A stretch of 64,000 nucleotides of DNA. Origin: Azolla caroliniana (lineage: Eukaryota; Plantae; Polypodiophyta). The position numbers were made by a program, and so were the translations under genes. The stretch covers positions 19,654,001-19,718,000 of the forward strand of contig JBHGNT010000005.1 of assembly GCA_043228905.1 (NCBI GenBank). Direction: 5' to 3'. This document shows, piece after piece, positions 1 through 14,000 of this stretch. The stretch's first letter is position 1, and every line of letters begins with the position of its first letter. The notes below the pieces were generated by a model. It worked only from the letters and a program-made list of their open reading frames with translations. It was not told the DNA's origin and searched no databases.

Positions 1-156
1 TCTTTGTGAGCTCGTCTATTGCCGACCCTCCCGATGGTGCTTCAACCACGTTTCTCTCGGGGACGAACCTTTCATTTGCTTGCTCTCTTTCTTGAGGTAT
101 TCTACCACCCCTGGGTTCGTGTGTCTCACTAATGGAGCCTGTGGATGTTTGGCCAC

Positions 157-790
157 TCAACGGAGACCTGTCGTTCCATTCCCTTCTCTTCTCTTATTGA
201 AGCGACTACAAACCCGTTTTACCATAGCCCAATCCGTCGTGAGCCCATCATCAGTTTCGAGGAGGGACCCCACCTTCTCTCGGTCTCGTGCATCAACAAC
301 CTTTATGAATAGTAGGACCTTGCTTGTGTCAAGCACCATCCTATCGAGAGTTGAGAGTCGCGCGAAGCGCTTCTCAAATTCTTGTAGAAGTACCATAGTA
401 TTTCTCCCCTTGCCGAGAAGCTCAACCCACTCCATTAGATCCCTTTTCGAAATTCTGAGTGAGTCATCAAGGTCGTACTTCTCGAGGAGTCTTTCTTCGA
501 ACTCCACCCAATTGCAACAGTCCGCTTGGATCTCGAGTACCTCTTCGTGGATACTCGATGTTACCACTCTAGCAAATCCGGCTAGCCGCCTATCTTCAGG
601 GACATTTCGCATAAGCATTTTGGCCTTATAGGCATCCAAGTAGCTCGTGGTATCTCTTCCATTGAACCGACCCGTTGTGCTAATCATTGTCTCTATGACC
701 CGGTCTAGGCCGGTGATGCCTTCTCGGGCATTTACCAAGTGGTGCACCGCCCCCCCCCCCCATCGCTTCAGCGAGTTCTCCTCCTCGCAT
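157..790 (-). pseudogene. gag: Gag (capsid-like region), frameshifted near the poly-C tract at ~750
   Basis: Homology to the intact gag; ATG at ~790 is out of frame with the 157..747 ORF. Confidence 0.8.
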
Positions 791-1109
791 CTTGGTTCTC
801 CCTTGTCGCCCTTTCACGTCGGGTTCACCAATTTTATGACGCGAAGTTTCGCGTGCGTGTGTTACTTGGGCGGGACCACGGGGGTCTTGGACTAGGGAGT
901 ACTCAAAGGATAGAGAAGACCTGAGGTTTGCTTTGCGACAATACTACTTCCCGACCTCTTCCCGAGCAAGGGCTTGTTGCCCTTTCTTTTGTGAGGCCGG
1001 TGGCTCTCGTTGATCACGACTCGTCGAACTTTCGAGATCACTGCACAAGCCAAGTGAACAAACGGGTACAAGCAAGATGAGCACGCAAGATGAACGCACA
1101 AGGGGGGCG

Positions 1110-1635
1110 ATAACACAAACACGAATGCCCATACTTCTTTATGAGGAGGAGAGGTGCATGGGCACGTCTGAATGCTCCCTCGTCACAAGACGTCGAATGT
1201 ACGAGGAAGACACAAAACATACGCACAAATGCTCGTACGCCTTTATGACGAGGAGAGGTGCATGGGCAAGCCCGAAATGGTCCCTCATCACAAGACGGCC
1301 GAACGTACAAGGAAGACACAAACACACTCACAAATGCTTGTACGTCTTTATAAGGAGGAGAGGTGCATGGGCAAGCCCGAAACGGTCCCTCGTCACAAGA
1401 CGGCCGAACGTACAAGGAAGACAAAAACATACGCACAAAATGCTCATACGCCTTTATGAGGAGGAGAGGTGCATGGGTAAGCCCGAAACGGTCCCTCGTC
1501 ACAAGACGACCGAACGTACAAGGAAGACACAAACACACGCACAAATGCTCGTACATCTTTATGAGGAGAGGTGCATGGGCACGCCCGAAACACTCCCTCG
1601 TCACAAGACGGTCGAACGTACAAGGAAGACACGAA
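1110..1635. repeat. ~105-bp tandem repeat x5 inside the LTR
   Basis: Motif gaggtgcatggg recurs at 1151, 1255, 1360, 1466 and 1568. Confidence 0.9.
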
Positions 1636-3024
1636 CAAAGAAAGAAGGAAAGAAAGAAACACGAATGATATCGGCCAAAGAAACAAATACATGTTCGATT
1701 CCAATGCAAGAGGACCCTTTATAAAGTAGGGTTTGATTACAATGGCAACTTATAGTCTACCTTTTATCTCTCGTCTCTCTTACTTTTTACACGAGCTTCC
1801 ATGTATTCTTTCCACCCTTTCCTTTCCCTTTTCTTTTTCATGTGCACAATTAATCGCCTTTGTGTGCACACACATTGCACATGCACATTTTGACCCCCCC
1901 CCCCCTTTTTCGCCGGTTTTTCCCACTCTCGAGCACGCCACATCATGACACCGCAAGGCTCTCCTTCATCAAACAGACGGTTGTCAAGTTACTCACTCGT
2001 TAACTCTCTCTCTCTCTCTCTCTATTACTAAGACAACTACATCGTAACTATATCACAGTAATGATTCACACACATCTATTCATATAGTTTACGCTAGTTG
2101 TATTTATACTTATACAACTTTCTGGCTATTTACAGATATAGCCCACATGGGGCACATTCAGACTATTTACAAATATAGTCATCCGAATCGGTTATATAAT
2201 CGATTCTCGATTTTGATTTTGATTTCGGTGTCGGCCTTCATCTGATTCTGTTCGTTCACTTCCTACCATCTGGAGGGACCTGTTATCCATCACATCCAAG
2301 TCACCTATGGGTAACACCAACAGGTTGCTCGAAGAGAAAGTCGATTTAGAATGGGGCTTAATGTACGTCGAAGAGGATGACGTTCTGCTCCTTATTTTTG
2401 CAAAAAGTGAAGGCAAGGCCAAGTTAGAGTCGGGAAAGTTCACAATGTTGAATATGAGGATAGTAAATCGACTACTTTGCTTTTGGATGTGGAAAGTTCG
2501 GGCAAGAATCGACATGTTCTTGTCAAACATTGTGATGGACTATTGCCACCCTAAAATCTTACACAAAGATATATGAACTAAAAACAACTTGATTGTTGCA
2601 CTCCGCCTTTATGTTATCGGGGAATTGATGATTACTGAAGTTGAGACACCTCCAAAACCGTCTCGGAAATCTAAGCTGGAACAACAAAAATATAAGAAAA
2701 TAGCTAATCCTGATGACGACGAACTCGAAGTCATGGAGTTCGTGGAGGAGGAGGAAGGTGAGCAACAAGTTGAAGTTGTTCCTCCTAGAGGGCAGATGTC
2801 ATCAAGGAACACGGGTAGTGGAACATGTTGAATTGCCAATAGACAAGACGAACACTCCACCGCTCAGGAAAGAATTTCCACTTGCTCCAATAAAGAAATT
2901 TGCCACATTAGTACTCCCTTCAACTTTCGTAGATATGCTTTCACTCCATGTCTACCATCAAATACAAAAGCGTTGCGCATATTCCAATTACGACACAATC
3001 CCCAATATCTTAGAAATAGAAAAA

Positions 3025-4300
3025 TGATCTCCATCTTTGATTTTGGATCAAACTGTGTAAATTGTGCAAACACCCACTGTTTAGGTGTCAAATAACACCG
3101 TGATAAGACTGACCAAATTTGAGAAATGTAACTCCAATCTGACAAGCAATCAGACATTGTATAAATCGATGAGTACTATCTTCCATTTGAACAATGCAAA
3201 AAAAGCAATTACCCGTTGCCAACCCACGAGGCTTTAGAGCTAATCCCAACGGCAATCCTCCATTCAAAACTCTCCAAATGAAGACCTGTGCTGCAAGTGG
3301 CAATTTAGAATGCCAATTACGTTGTAAGATCTGCCACCACCCATGATCAGATTTGTGCATTCTCCATTCTTATTCAGCTTTAGATGATAACCATCCAAGA
3401 GACTCAATAGAGCAATGATACAAAAAGTTAGTAGTCACTTGTAACGACGACGTTTGACCCTTTAAACACCAATCAATCCATGGTTGTCCTCCGGTTTGTA
3501 GAGGTATGGGACCTTGTATCAATGGAATATTTTGTAGTTGCTAAAAAAACCCATAATTAGGTGGAATGCGTAATAATTGTTACACTTCAACAAACTCTAA
3601 AATTCTTTGAAATGAAGCCTGAACTATATCTCCCACCTCTTTGACCCCCAAATGAAACAAACGATTAAATTGAAAGCGCAATCTCTCCTTTCCTGGCCAA
3701 CATAATAACCGAGAAGACACATGTAACTCTTTTTGCAAAGAATTACAATGCTCTCTACTAGATGATGGTTTCCATACACATAACAAGAGTGCTTCTTTCC
3801 ATGAGGTAACCAAGTGTTGAGCACATGTAGAACCCAAAATCCTAAGCGAAATACATCCATTCAGTAATTGCCACCATGAAGCCTTAATCGTTGTCCTCCC
3901 ATGTGTTAAACCCTTGTTCTCAATGAAATATTGAACAATAGATATCCATTATTGTGAGTTTGAACACATGTCTTGTAATAATGAAAATCTATGAGCCATC
4001 ATATGCTTAGATAAGTTCAATATTCCAGTTCCACCCAGGCGCTTAGGGGTTGCTAGATGATTCCACGCAATCCAAGTGATTCCCATCTTATCCTTCTTCT
4101 TCCACAACAAATATCGAAGAGGTTGCAAAATAGAATGCAAAGCCTTCTTTGCCCATGGCAACAATGGCAAGTAATATAATATCATGGGTTCCATAATACA
4201 TTGTACAACCTTCAAGCGTACATGAAATGACCAAGATTGTAACTTCCAATACATGAACTTATCCCTCAAATTACTAGACATCCATTCAATCAATTGACCA
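3025..4300 (-). mobile_element. Degenerate L1-type LINE ORF2 C-terminal fragment (post-RT region plus zf-RVT zinc finger)
   Basis: Motifs WIAWNHLATPKRLGGTGILNL and WHSKLP..FIWRVLNGGLP..CFFC...EDSTHRFIQC are typical of plant L1 ORF2. Contains multiple stops and frameshifts. Confidence 0.85.
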
Positions 4301-4302
4301 TT

Positions 4303-4567
4303 TGTAACATTCTAGAACATTCTAGAATATTCCATGATTATATTAAATATCATAAATATCTAAAATATTCTAGAACATTCTAGAATATTCATGATTATAT
4401 TAAATATCATAAATATCTAAAATATTCTAGAACATTCTAGAATACTCCATAAGGACCTATAAATAGGTGTCTATTCATTCATCACAACTCATTTGGTTCA
4501 ATATCAGTCTTTAGGCCTTTTTCCTACTCTTTGTAACATTGTTTTCTTATAATATAATCTCATTTCC

Positions 4568-4626
<59 letters not shown>

Positions 4627-5009
4627 GCCCATAAAAAGTCGTAGTCCCAAATATTGTACACGTCTAAGTGTGTAATCACCCTTGGAGTTAGGGCAAAGCC
4701 CAATCATGTATATATAGGAGGCATTCCTCCTGGTACAAATATGAAGCAAGTCCCATTCTACCCATGTTGTATCTTCTTAGTGTCAACACTCCGTAAGGGA
4801 GTTAGGGCTTAGTTACCCTAAGTATAAATATGGGGAACTAATTCTTGTAATAAAAAGTTTGGTGGTATTTGATTGAAAATGTCTTTATGTCTTTATCTTT
4901 GTGTAACTGTCTCCTACTTCTCTTTGTGTATCTTGCTTGTTGATTGAACAGTACACCATAGTTCTTACTTAATTCATGCTTGCTTGTTTCTACTAACAAG
5001 ATCCTTACA
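4303..5009 (+). mobile_element. LTR-like remnant(s) with a 59-bp direct duplication, TATA-like box and (CT)n
   Basis: TGTAACA start, ...CCTTACA end, ctataaata, (CT)~27 at 4571..4625. No TSD confirmed. Confidence 0.45.
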
Positions 5010-5399
5010 TACTTCTACACAAGTCGACCAACCTAACACAAAAGTTGACCAAGGCACCATATAGTGCCATCAACCCTTTAATTCAGACTCCTTTTGTTGG
5101 AGCTTTCGACATTGCTCCTTTGTTTTTCAATAACCACATGTAGGTATTTGTCACTTAGAGTCGTGAGTTGAGAATTCGTTGGGTATGTTTTGTTTCCCAC
5201 CTAATTGTGATGGATTACGTGTAGCAACCAATGGTTTATTATGCTCTTTGATGTACAACCATCACAAAGTAAAATGTCTATTGCTTCCTCAAGATCAGTG
5301 CGATCCTTATCATGGACTATTGAGACCTGATCCTTATAATTTGAGCTAGGAATGCCATGTAGGCTCAATTTTCGGAACTGGGTCCTACAATAATGAACA

Positions 5400-5726
5400 T
5401 GTTGAGAGATCAAGCTCAACTTAGTTTAGTTAGTTAGTCAACAATGTAATTTCGTAGTTACCTAGATAGAATCTAGTTTGAAGTGTTGACTATAATGCCT
5501 TAAATAGGACCTTGTACTTAAGTAGGATATTCTAGATCCTCCACTCCCAAGGTCATTTAATATAGGACTTACACGGTTGTACCTATATTCTCCTCACACA
5601 TGTGCACCCTTGCACATGAGATCTATATATATACCTCATTGTGGGTATTTTTGTATTTGATGATGATAATGTTAATTTAATATAGAGTTAATCATCCCCC
5701 ATCTTGTGTTGTTCATAAGTGTTAAC

Positions 5727-5782
<56 letters not shown>

Positions 5783-8700
5783 TCTCACACACATATCACT
5801 TAATCTTCCGCTTATCAACTAATCACATAATTAGGTACTAATTAACCCTTGTTTAATTACCTAATTATTAACAGGGTATTAGAGCGTGTGGTTTAGCACA
5901 TCCACTAAGCCCACTCGACTCCATGATTGTGTGTTCAAAACGTCAACGACAAATTCCAGCTATTCGCTACCGTAGTGTCGCTATGTAGCACGAGTGAGTA
6001 ATCGAAGGAAGAAAAGAAAAACGGAAGACACTACAATCAACATGAACACACAAATGGGTAGCTCGCTCCTTAGTGAAAAACTAGACCTAAGTAATTATTC
6101 ATCTTGAGAGTACAAGATGACCCAATACCTTGTCAGCCAAGGGTATTGGAGCTACATCAACAATGCACATGAAAATCGACCCGACTCAAAGAATGCCGAC
6201 TACACAACATGGGAGCAAGCGGTGAGTCGAGTCATGTATTACTTGGAAACATGTGTCCACGACCACATGCTTAGCCACATTCGAGCCGCCAAGACGCCTA
6301 AAGAAGCGTGGGTGAACTTAAAGAAAATGTTCGTCGCCAACACAACCACCCGAAAGCTTCAACTCTGACAAGAGTCAAACAACATTTGGCAAAAAGACAT
6401 GTCCATGTTGGACTACACTACCAAGATCAAGAGCATTTGCGACTCGCTTGGCTCCATCAAAATAAACGTCTACGAAGACGAGATGGTTCAAGTATGCTTG
6501 GGCAGCCTCGCACAACGATTCGACTCATTGAGGACGGCAATCTTGGCAAGGGAAAATCCTCCTTTGTTCTTCGACCTCCAATCAATGTTATTGGTCAAAG
6601 AGAACCATGTCGGAACCAAGATGAAGACGTTGAAAGGACAAATGTTCTTCTCAAGTTCGGACGGTGGCCGAGGATGAGGTCACGGCGGAGGAGGTCATGG
6701 TGGTAGAAGAAGCCAATTCGGCCCATCACACGAAGGGAACTCAAACCTCCACGGAAGCCATCAAGGAACCTTCGGAAGAAGGGGGTGCTTCCATGCCGAA
6801 CAAAGGATTCTTCATCGAGAAAGATGGTTAAATCATAACTAAGGGGTGGAGAGATGGTCGAATGTTCATCCTCGATTCCAACAAGGTGAAATCGACAATG
6901 TATGCTAAAGGTCTCAAAGCCAAGACAAGCATTGAGTTATGGCACAAGAGAATCAGCCACATAAACCTCCAATGGCTCCAAGCTATGCAACCAAAGGGAG
7001 TCGTCATTGAACTTCTGACATTGGAGTCAAAATGACTTGACCGAGTATGCGTGTCAACTCGGCGAACAACGTCGACTCCCATTCCAGAAGGAGACCCATG
7101 CGAGCAAAGGCCTCCTCGACGTCATAAACTCGGATGTATGGGGACCGGCTCAAACGCCTACAATCGGTGGATGCCAATTCTACGTCACCTTCATCGACGA
7201 CTACTCGTGCTACGCGTGGATCTTCCCGATGAAGAAGAAGAGCGAAGTGTTCTCCCACTTCCAAAAGCTCAAGGGCGAAGTCGAAAAAGAAACCGGTCGG
7301 CACATTCCATGCCTACGATCGGATGGAGGCAAGGAGTACTTCTCCGACGAATTCACCTCATACCTCCAAAGTGAAGGCATTCGGGAGACAATTCTTGTGC
7401 CAACACACACCCCAACAAAATGGAGTAGCTGAAAGGAAGAATCGGCAAATACTTGAGGTACCACATGCCATGATGCATGAGAAGCACATGCTGAATTTCT
7501 ATTGGGTTGAAGCAGCATCGACGGCCATCTATCTCACGAATCAATGCACCACTAATGGACTGCATGAGCTAACTCAATACGAGCTCCTTGTCGGAAGGAA
7601 GTCGATCCTGTTGCACCTAAGGGTGATCGGAAGCATTGCAAATGTACGCATCCCGAATGAACAACGATAGAAGCCTGACGCGAAGTTGGAGGAATGTATC
7701 CTCATAGGATACTCATCCGAGAAGAAGGCATACAAGTGCTACAACCCTTCTACCCGAGCGGTTCGGGTAAGTTGAAACGCAGTCTTCGACTAGTCCGGAT
7801 CCTGGTACGCACCAGAGTCAACTTCGACTCCAACTCCGCTCGACCCGGAATCCGCCGAACAAGAGGTAGAAGATGGAGATTGCTTCGAACACATGTTTGA
7901 AGAAAGCCCGATTATGGCAAGGCCTAGTGGGCCACAAGAGCCCCCATGCGACCTAAGCATGCCGCGGCCAAGTACGAACTTGGACGAAGGCAAATGTAAG
8001 ATGCCCGAATGCCAAGTCGATCACCCCGATGATAGTGATTCGGATGTGTCGGCTTGCTCACTAGACAATGAGTTTGGTGTACCCTTCATGCGGACACTCA
8101 GAGTAAAGAAGGCAATCACATCGGCAAGCGAAAAACTTCGACGCTCATCTAGAGCTAAGAACCGTGTCACTCGGCTCGACTACAACGAGTACATGGCCCA
8201 TCACTATGCCTTCGCGATGAAGGTAGTGGCCAAATAAGAGCCGAAGAGCTCCACCGAAGCGGCTCATAACCCATGATGGCTGGAAGTAGTCAGCTTTCGC
8301 CCACACACTACAAGCCCTTATCACCGGCTTGAGGGGGAGGACCCAAGAGTGCCACGGCAAACAAAGTTGAAGGCCGGACGGAAGCCGCACAGAAGCCAAC
8401 ATCGAAAGCCAAACAATGCCGAAAGCCGCACAGAAGTCAAAGGAATGTACCCTCATAGGATACTCATCCGAGAAGAAGGCATACAAGTGTTACAACCCTT
8501 CTACCCAAGCGGTTTGGGTAAGTTGAGACGTAGTCTTCGACTAGTTCGGATCCTCGTACGCACCAGAGAAAACTTCGACTCTCACTGCGCCGAACAAGAG
8601 GTAGAAGAGGGAAATGGCCTCGAACACATGTTCGAAGAAAGCCCGATTATGGCAAGGCCTAATGGGCCACAAGAGCCCCCATGCGACCCAAGCACGTCGC

Positions 8701-9605
8701 GGCCAAGTACGAACTTGGACAAAGGCAAATGTAAGATACCCGAATACCAAGTCGATCACCCCGACGACAATGATTCGGATGTGTCGGCTCGCTCACTAGA
8801 CAATGAGTTTGGTGTATCCATCATGCGGACACTCAGAGTAAAGAAGGCGATCACATCAGCAAGCGAAAAACTTCGATGCTCATCTAGAGCTAAGAACCCT
8901 GTCACTCGGCTCGACTACAACGAGTACATGGCCCATCACTATGCCTTCGCGATGAAGGTAGTGGTCAAATAAGAGCCCAAGAGCTCCACCAAAGCGGCTC
9001 ATAACCCATAATGGCTGGAAGTAGTCGGACTTCACCCACACACTACAAGCCTTTATCACCGGCTTGAGGGGGAGGACCTGAGAGTGCCACAGCGAACAAA
9101 GCCGAAGGCCGGACGGAAGCCGCACAGAAGCCGACATCGAAAGCCAAACATCGCTGAAAGCCGAAACGGATGTCGGACGCCTCAAGGTGGTGTGTTGAGA
9201 GAGCAAGCTCAACTTAGTTTAGTTAGTTAGTCAAGCATGTAACTTCGTAGTTACCTAGATAGAATCTAGTTAGGAGTGTTGACTATAACGCCTTAAATAG
9301 GACTTTGTACTTAAGTGGGATATTCTAGATAGGAATTACACCTTAGTACCGATATTCTACTTAGACATGTGCACCATTGCACATGAGATTTATATATACC
9401 TCATTGTGGGTATTTTTGTATTTGATGATGATAATGCTAATTTAATATAGTTAATCATCCCCCATCTTGTGTTGCTCATAAGTGTATCTTCCCCTCTCTC
9501 TCTTCCTCTCACACACATACACACACATATCACCTAATCTTTCGCTTAACTTAATCACATAATTAGGCACTAATTAACCCATGTTTAATTACCTAATTAT
9601 TAACA
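5400..9605 (+). mobile_element. Internally deleted Ty1/Copia element (gag plus integrase only; no protease, RT or RNase H)
   Basis: LTRs 5400..5873 and 9193..9605 (TGTTGAGAG...ATTATTAACA). Degenerate Met PBS gggtattagagc at 5874. Copia gag (EKL..NY..W.YKM, RKLQL) and integrase (SDVWGP, FIDD, LRSDGGKEY, QNGVAERKNR). TSDs do not match. Confidence 0.9.
7691..9163 (+). repeat. ~750-bp tandem duplication within the Copia element
   Basis: Units start at 7691 and 8442 (ggaatgta..ctcataggatactcatccgagaagaagg). Both encode MFEESPIMARP...HYAFAMKVV. Confidence 0.95.
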
Positions 9606-10772
9606 TGGAGGTTGGAAAAATTGTTTCTTAACGATGTAGACAAAGTCATCCCATGCACTAGGCAACATTTGGGCATTCTGAGACCACGCCACCAAGTGAC
9701 AGTTTTACCTCCAAGTTCACGATGAACGTAAGGAACCTTTGTATGATCTAGCTTCTTCAGTTTATTCCTTCTTATCACCTATGTAAGGTTTCACGCAAAG
9801 GACGATTCACCTTGATTGTCCTCTTTTAAGGAAGAATTCATGTGCATAGCAAACACTCGAGACTCAAGAGGATTGTGAGATTTCCGAAGCTCAGAAAGCT
9901 TAGTCAAGGTGGAATTGAGGATATATTGTATGTGATGAAAATATGCCTCAATAGGAATATTGTTAGATGTAGTAGCTAGTGCCATGGGCGTTGTATCGTA
10001 TTCTATGTTTTTGTCATTATTTGCGCCATTAAGATGTCTAAAGCAAAAGATTGACAATGTTTACGAACTTATGCCAAAAACATAATATTGTTGGACAAGT
10101 TTCGGCAATATCATTCTATAAAAAATCTTATGTCCATACCCCTTTATACGTGTGAGAAATGTTCAAGAATAAGGACACCATGGTGACAGTAAGGTGTTTT
10201 AACAACCACGGCGGAGACATAAAAAAAAATTCCTTATCTCTATATCAAATGACCATGGTGGATCCCCAAGGCTCAACCATGTATGTTGACGAGAAAGCAT
10301 GATCCAATCACTTTAAGAATGACATGCAAATAGTACCCACAAATAGTCCAACTCTGGGACCCCGAATTGCACATAACAAATGCAAGATTGAATGTCTATG
10401 TTTATTAAAGTCATCTCGATGTCTATTAAAATTTGTTTATCTCATCATGAGCAAAAGTTTCTCACACGTGATACTCATCTATCGAACAATAGAATTCGTA
10501 ATTATGTATTGTGGTCAAGAAATGTTTTTTATATCCAACCTGATTGTAAAATTATACGCTTTCAAATATGAGAATGTTAATGGTGTCATGATGTGGGAGA
10601 GTATAGTAGGAATTGAGTTAGGGTTTATATATATATTAAAATTTGAATGGTAGAACAAGGGTGTGATAAGAAATATAAATCATGAATTAGAGTTAAATAT
10701 ATCCCTAACTTTTCATTGCAAGAGTGCAATCTTTTAGAGAGTAGAATGTTACAAGCATAATCATAACCATAA

Positions 10773-11040
10773 TTGTGGGCTAATCTGTAAGGATGAAGGG
10801 TGAGGATTGAGTTATCTCAATCCTACGATAGGAGATAACTTTAGAGTGTTTCATCACTTGTTGGCTAATTTTTAAGGATAAAGGATGAGATTGATTTATA
10901 TCAATTCTATGGAGGGAGATAACTTTAGAGTGTTCCCAGAGTGTTTCATCACTTGTGGGCTAATTTGTAAGGATGACGGGTGAGGATTGAGTTATTTCAA
11001 TCCTATGGTGGGAGATAACTTTAGAGTGTTTCATCACTTG
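10773..11040. repeat. ~85-95-bp tandem repeat x3
   Basis: ggagataactttagagtgtt and gggctaat..gtaaggatga..ggtgaggattgagttat recur three times. Confidence 0.85.
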
Positions 11041-14000
11041 GCTACTTTTTATAATGAAAAGCAACCAAGGGGGAAACAAACACAAAGGCCTAGGGTTTGG
11101 GCCTATATTAGAAGGTTAACTACCTTCATGAATGAGTATCTCTTTTCTTTTAATGTTCCGAGATATAGACTCTGATAGTGTGGCAAAGCTCTAGTTTCAT
11201 ACATGTGTGCCCCCGTCTTCAAACCCAAGGTACGATCTATGTCCGTACACGGTGGTTTGGGACACTGGTAGGGAACTTTGATCCATCTCTCATATTTTCT
11301 AGGAGGTGGTCGGGTGGACTAGTGCCCTTTCTTCCTTATTTTCCTCTTTAATTTGCTTAACGTTAATTAATATTCTAATAATGACGATTGAGATTTTATT
11401 TAAAATTATGAAGATTATTTAGGCCGTTCTCTCAAATCTATTGTTTGTATATGATACCTTATCCTCAAGGATCACATTCTTTTAATGTATGGAATTGGTA
11501 GCCTTAGCACACTCCCTATCACAAAAGTCACTATTTGAGGTGCTAGAGAACAATTCTAAAGTCTAGTTTTTTGTCATTATTGAAAGCCTTTAACACCTTT
11601 TATAATCCTCAATTATAAGTGGATGGAATCTTTTGTGCGTGACATATTCCTAATTCTTTTAAAATCCTAGTGTTCATCAACATAAATATATTGAAACAAG
11701 ATAAATATTTCACTAGGAATGACTTTTAGATACATTCATATTCGTGTCAGTGGTAGACCTAACAATTAGTAAGAGAGGAAGAGGGAAGAATAAAATAAAT
11801 TTGTAGAAGCATGCTCCATAATTGCCATGACTCACCAGATGAGAAAGAACAAATAAAAAAATAAGAAGATTGAAAGTGGCTCTCAATGTTCAAGAAATTT
11901 ATTTATAAGCGTTGCAATCGAGATTCCACATTGACATCTTCAGAGGAATGTGTAGGGCGTGGGACATATTTACATTGTATAAAAAGCAAACTCAAATGTG
12001 ATGGAATGCAACGTATTTTATCAAAGTGTGATACTCTAACTCCTAAACTTGTTCAAGGTTAGTCTCCTCACCTATGCCTAAATGCCCCATCTCGCATTGA
12101 AGAGAATTGGAACTATGCTTGTAGAAGCAATTGTGTTGATGGTGAATGAAATGGATGGGCTCTAGTATGTAGCAAGACAAAGAGAGAAATTTATGAATGA
12201 TAGAAGATATCAAAGAGAAAAATCATATGAATAAATTATTGAGACCATACAAGGGGAGATGAAGAATAGATCAATAAATGATCAAAAAACTTTGTGGATG
12301 TTAAGAAAGACAAAACAAAAGAAAAATGTTGCATGATGGCACAACCCTTAGGACAAGTCGAAAACACTTGTACATGTTTAGCTAACATCTCTTTAGATGT
12401 TTACAAATACTTGTATATCTAAACCCAAGGATGATTATGTTTCTGTTTACAATGAATGGAGAAAAGACCCAAATATTAACCCAATTAACATTGATAAACA
12501 TGTATTACTCAATTTATATACTAGGAAATTTACCTTGGCTTGGAATCAAAATTGTATCATGTAATTAAAATCTTACAGTGAAGTTCGTCGCAAACATATA
12601 TGCTACATAGACCTTAGACCACTTAGCTAAGTAATTCATAATGAGTTTTGTCATTCCAAGTTATGAAAAATAACTTAGGGCAAGCCTTTGCATGAAAATG
12701 TGAGGCGATAGCTTAAAAAAATATATGATTACAATAATATTGTAATGGCAAATGATGTTATAACGACAAATGACGATACAACCATCTAGAAAGGCCTTCA
12801 CCAATGAATCACGAGATACTGACATCGCTTGTTTTCTTCTAACAGAGTTTTCAAATGACTCAAATTGTTATACTTGACCTCAAAGGATCCTAGAAGTTTG
12901 GGAGCATTGATGATGACTATAGAATGAGCTATTATATGATGGATTCCCCACTTTTATTTTTCTCTATCATCTCTTCCATGCAGACTGTGAAATTGCTTTG
13001 ATTTCAACAATTGTAAGTACTTTATTGTTTACAATGATCATACACATCTCAAACTTGTGGTTTTCAAAAGAGAAACTATAGAACAATGATGATAAGTAAA
13101 GTGGGGGCATGGGCTTCAAACTTTCCTACTTGAATATCAAATAGTCCCCCGTAACAAATCTAGAAAACTATTAAAGTATTACAACAATTTGCATGCATAT
13201 CAAACACAAAGACTAAGCTATTGCAACATGGAAGGACAAGAGTTGTAATGTACAACTGTTTTATTGCATGGCACAAGGTGTAGGATTTGGAGTGCAAAAG
13301 GAGATTAGGTGAAAAACACAATGTTAAAAACATCAAAATTATCAACATATAAGGGACGTTTAGATGTGCCCTTAAATTATTGCTTATAGACTCAAGAGGT
13401 GGAGACATCTAAAAGCCACTAGATTGTGGCCTACGGTTCAATGGATTTTCCACTTTTGTTTTCCCTTGATCCACCCAAATCAAAGCACATGAGTTGCTTG
13501 ATTTCAATAAAGGTGGAATTCATTTATTCTTTATATAAAAGTGGACATATACAATTCAAACACATCAAATTGTAGATGAATTGGCAATACTTGAATGTGG
13601 ACCCATTCTCATATCTTCCTACTTTGATATCAACTAGTGGCCAAACTCATGGCTCTAATTATACCTTGTACCCAATCCAATAATTTATTAGTTTAACAAG
13701 CATGGTAAATATAGGACTTGATCACACTAGATCTTATAAGATAGTAAAATCTAAGGAATGGGAATGTAACTAGATCTTATATGCTAAAAATCATAATGAA
13801 AACATTGTCTTAGAGAGATCCAATAAGAAACTGTAATTGCCCAAAATATATTGATCATATGCTCACAAGTTTACTTTACTGAAATTTTAAAATCCAAATA
13901 TGTAAACATGATGACATACACCCTCACAATATTCCCCTAGGAGAATATCTAATAACATCCATAGTATGAAAAAGAAAAATCCTGACATCCATCCACAAGC

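Larger units (their letters stand above)
1..1950 (-). mobile_element. 5' part of a tRNA-Trp-primed Ty3/Gypsy element (5' LTR 837..1950, PBS 813..830, degenerate gag running off the window edge)
   Basis: ORF 157..747 is clearly homologous to the gag of the intact element at 52162..54471 (GRFNGRDTTSYLDAY vs GRFDGKDATKYLASY; LETDDGLTTDWAMVK vs LETEVGLTTDWAAVR). The 18-nt PBS ttcacgtcgggttcacca is identical to that of the intact element. LTR reads TGTCA...CGCGTCA on the minus strand. Confidence 0.9.

Noticed and set aside
1038-1724. 215-223-aa repetitive ORFs
   Set aside because: Arise from the ~105-bp LTR repeat. The same period as the 60-kb array is coincidental; no sequence similarity was seen.
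2290-3020. Coding-like fragments (89-104 aa)
   Set aside because: Probably a decayed TE accessory ORF, but no family can be supported.
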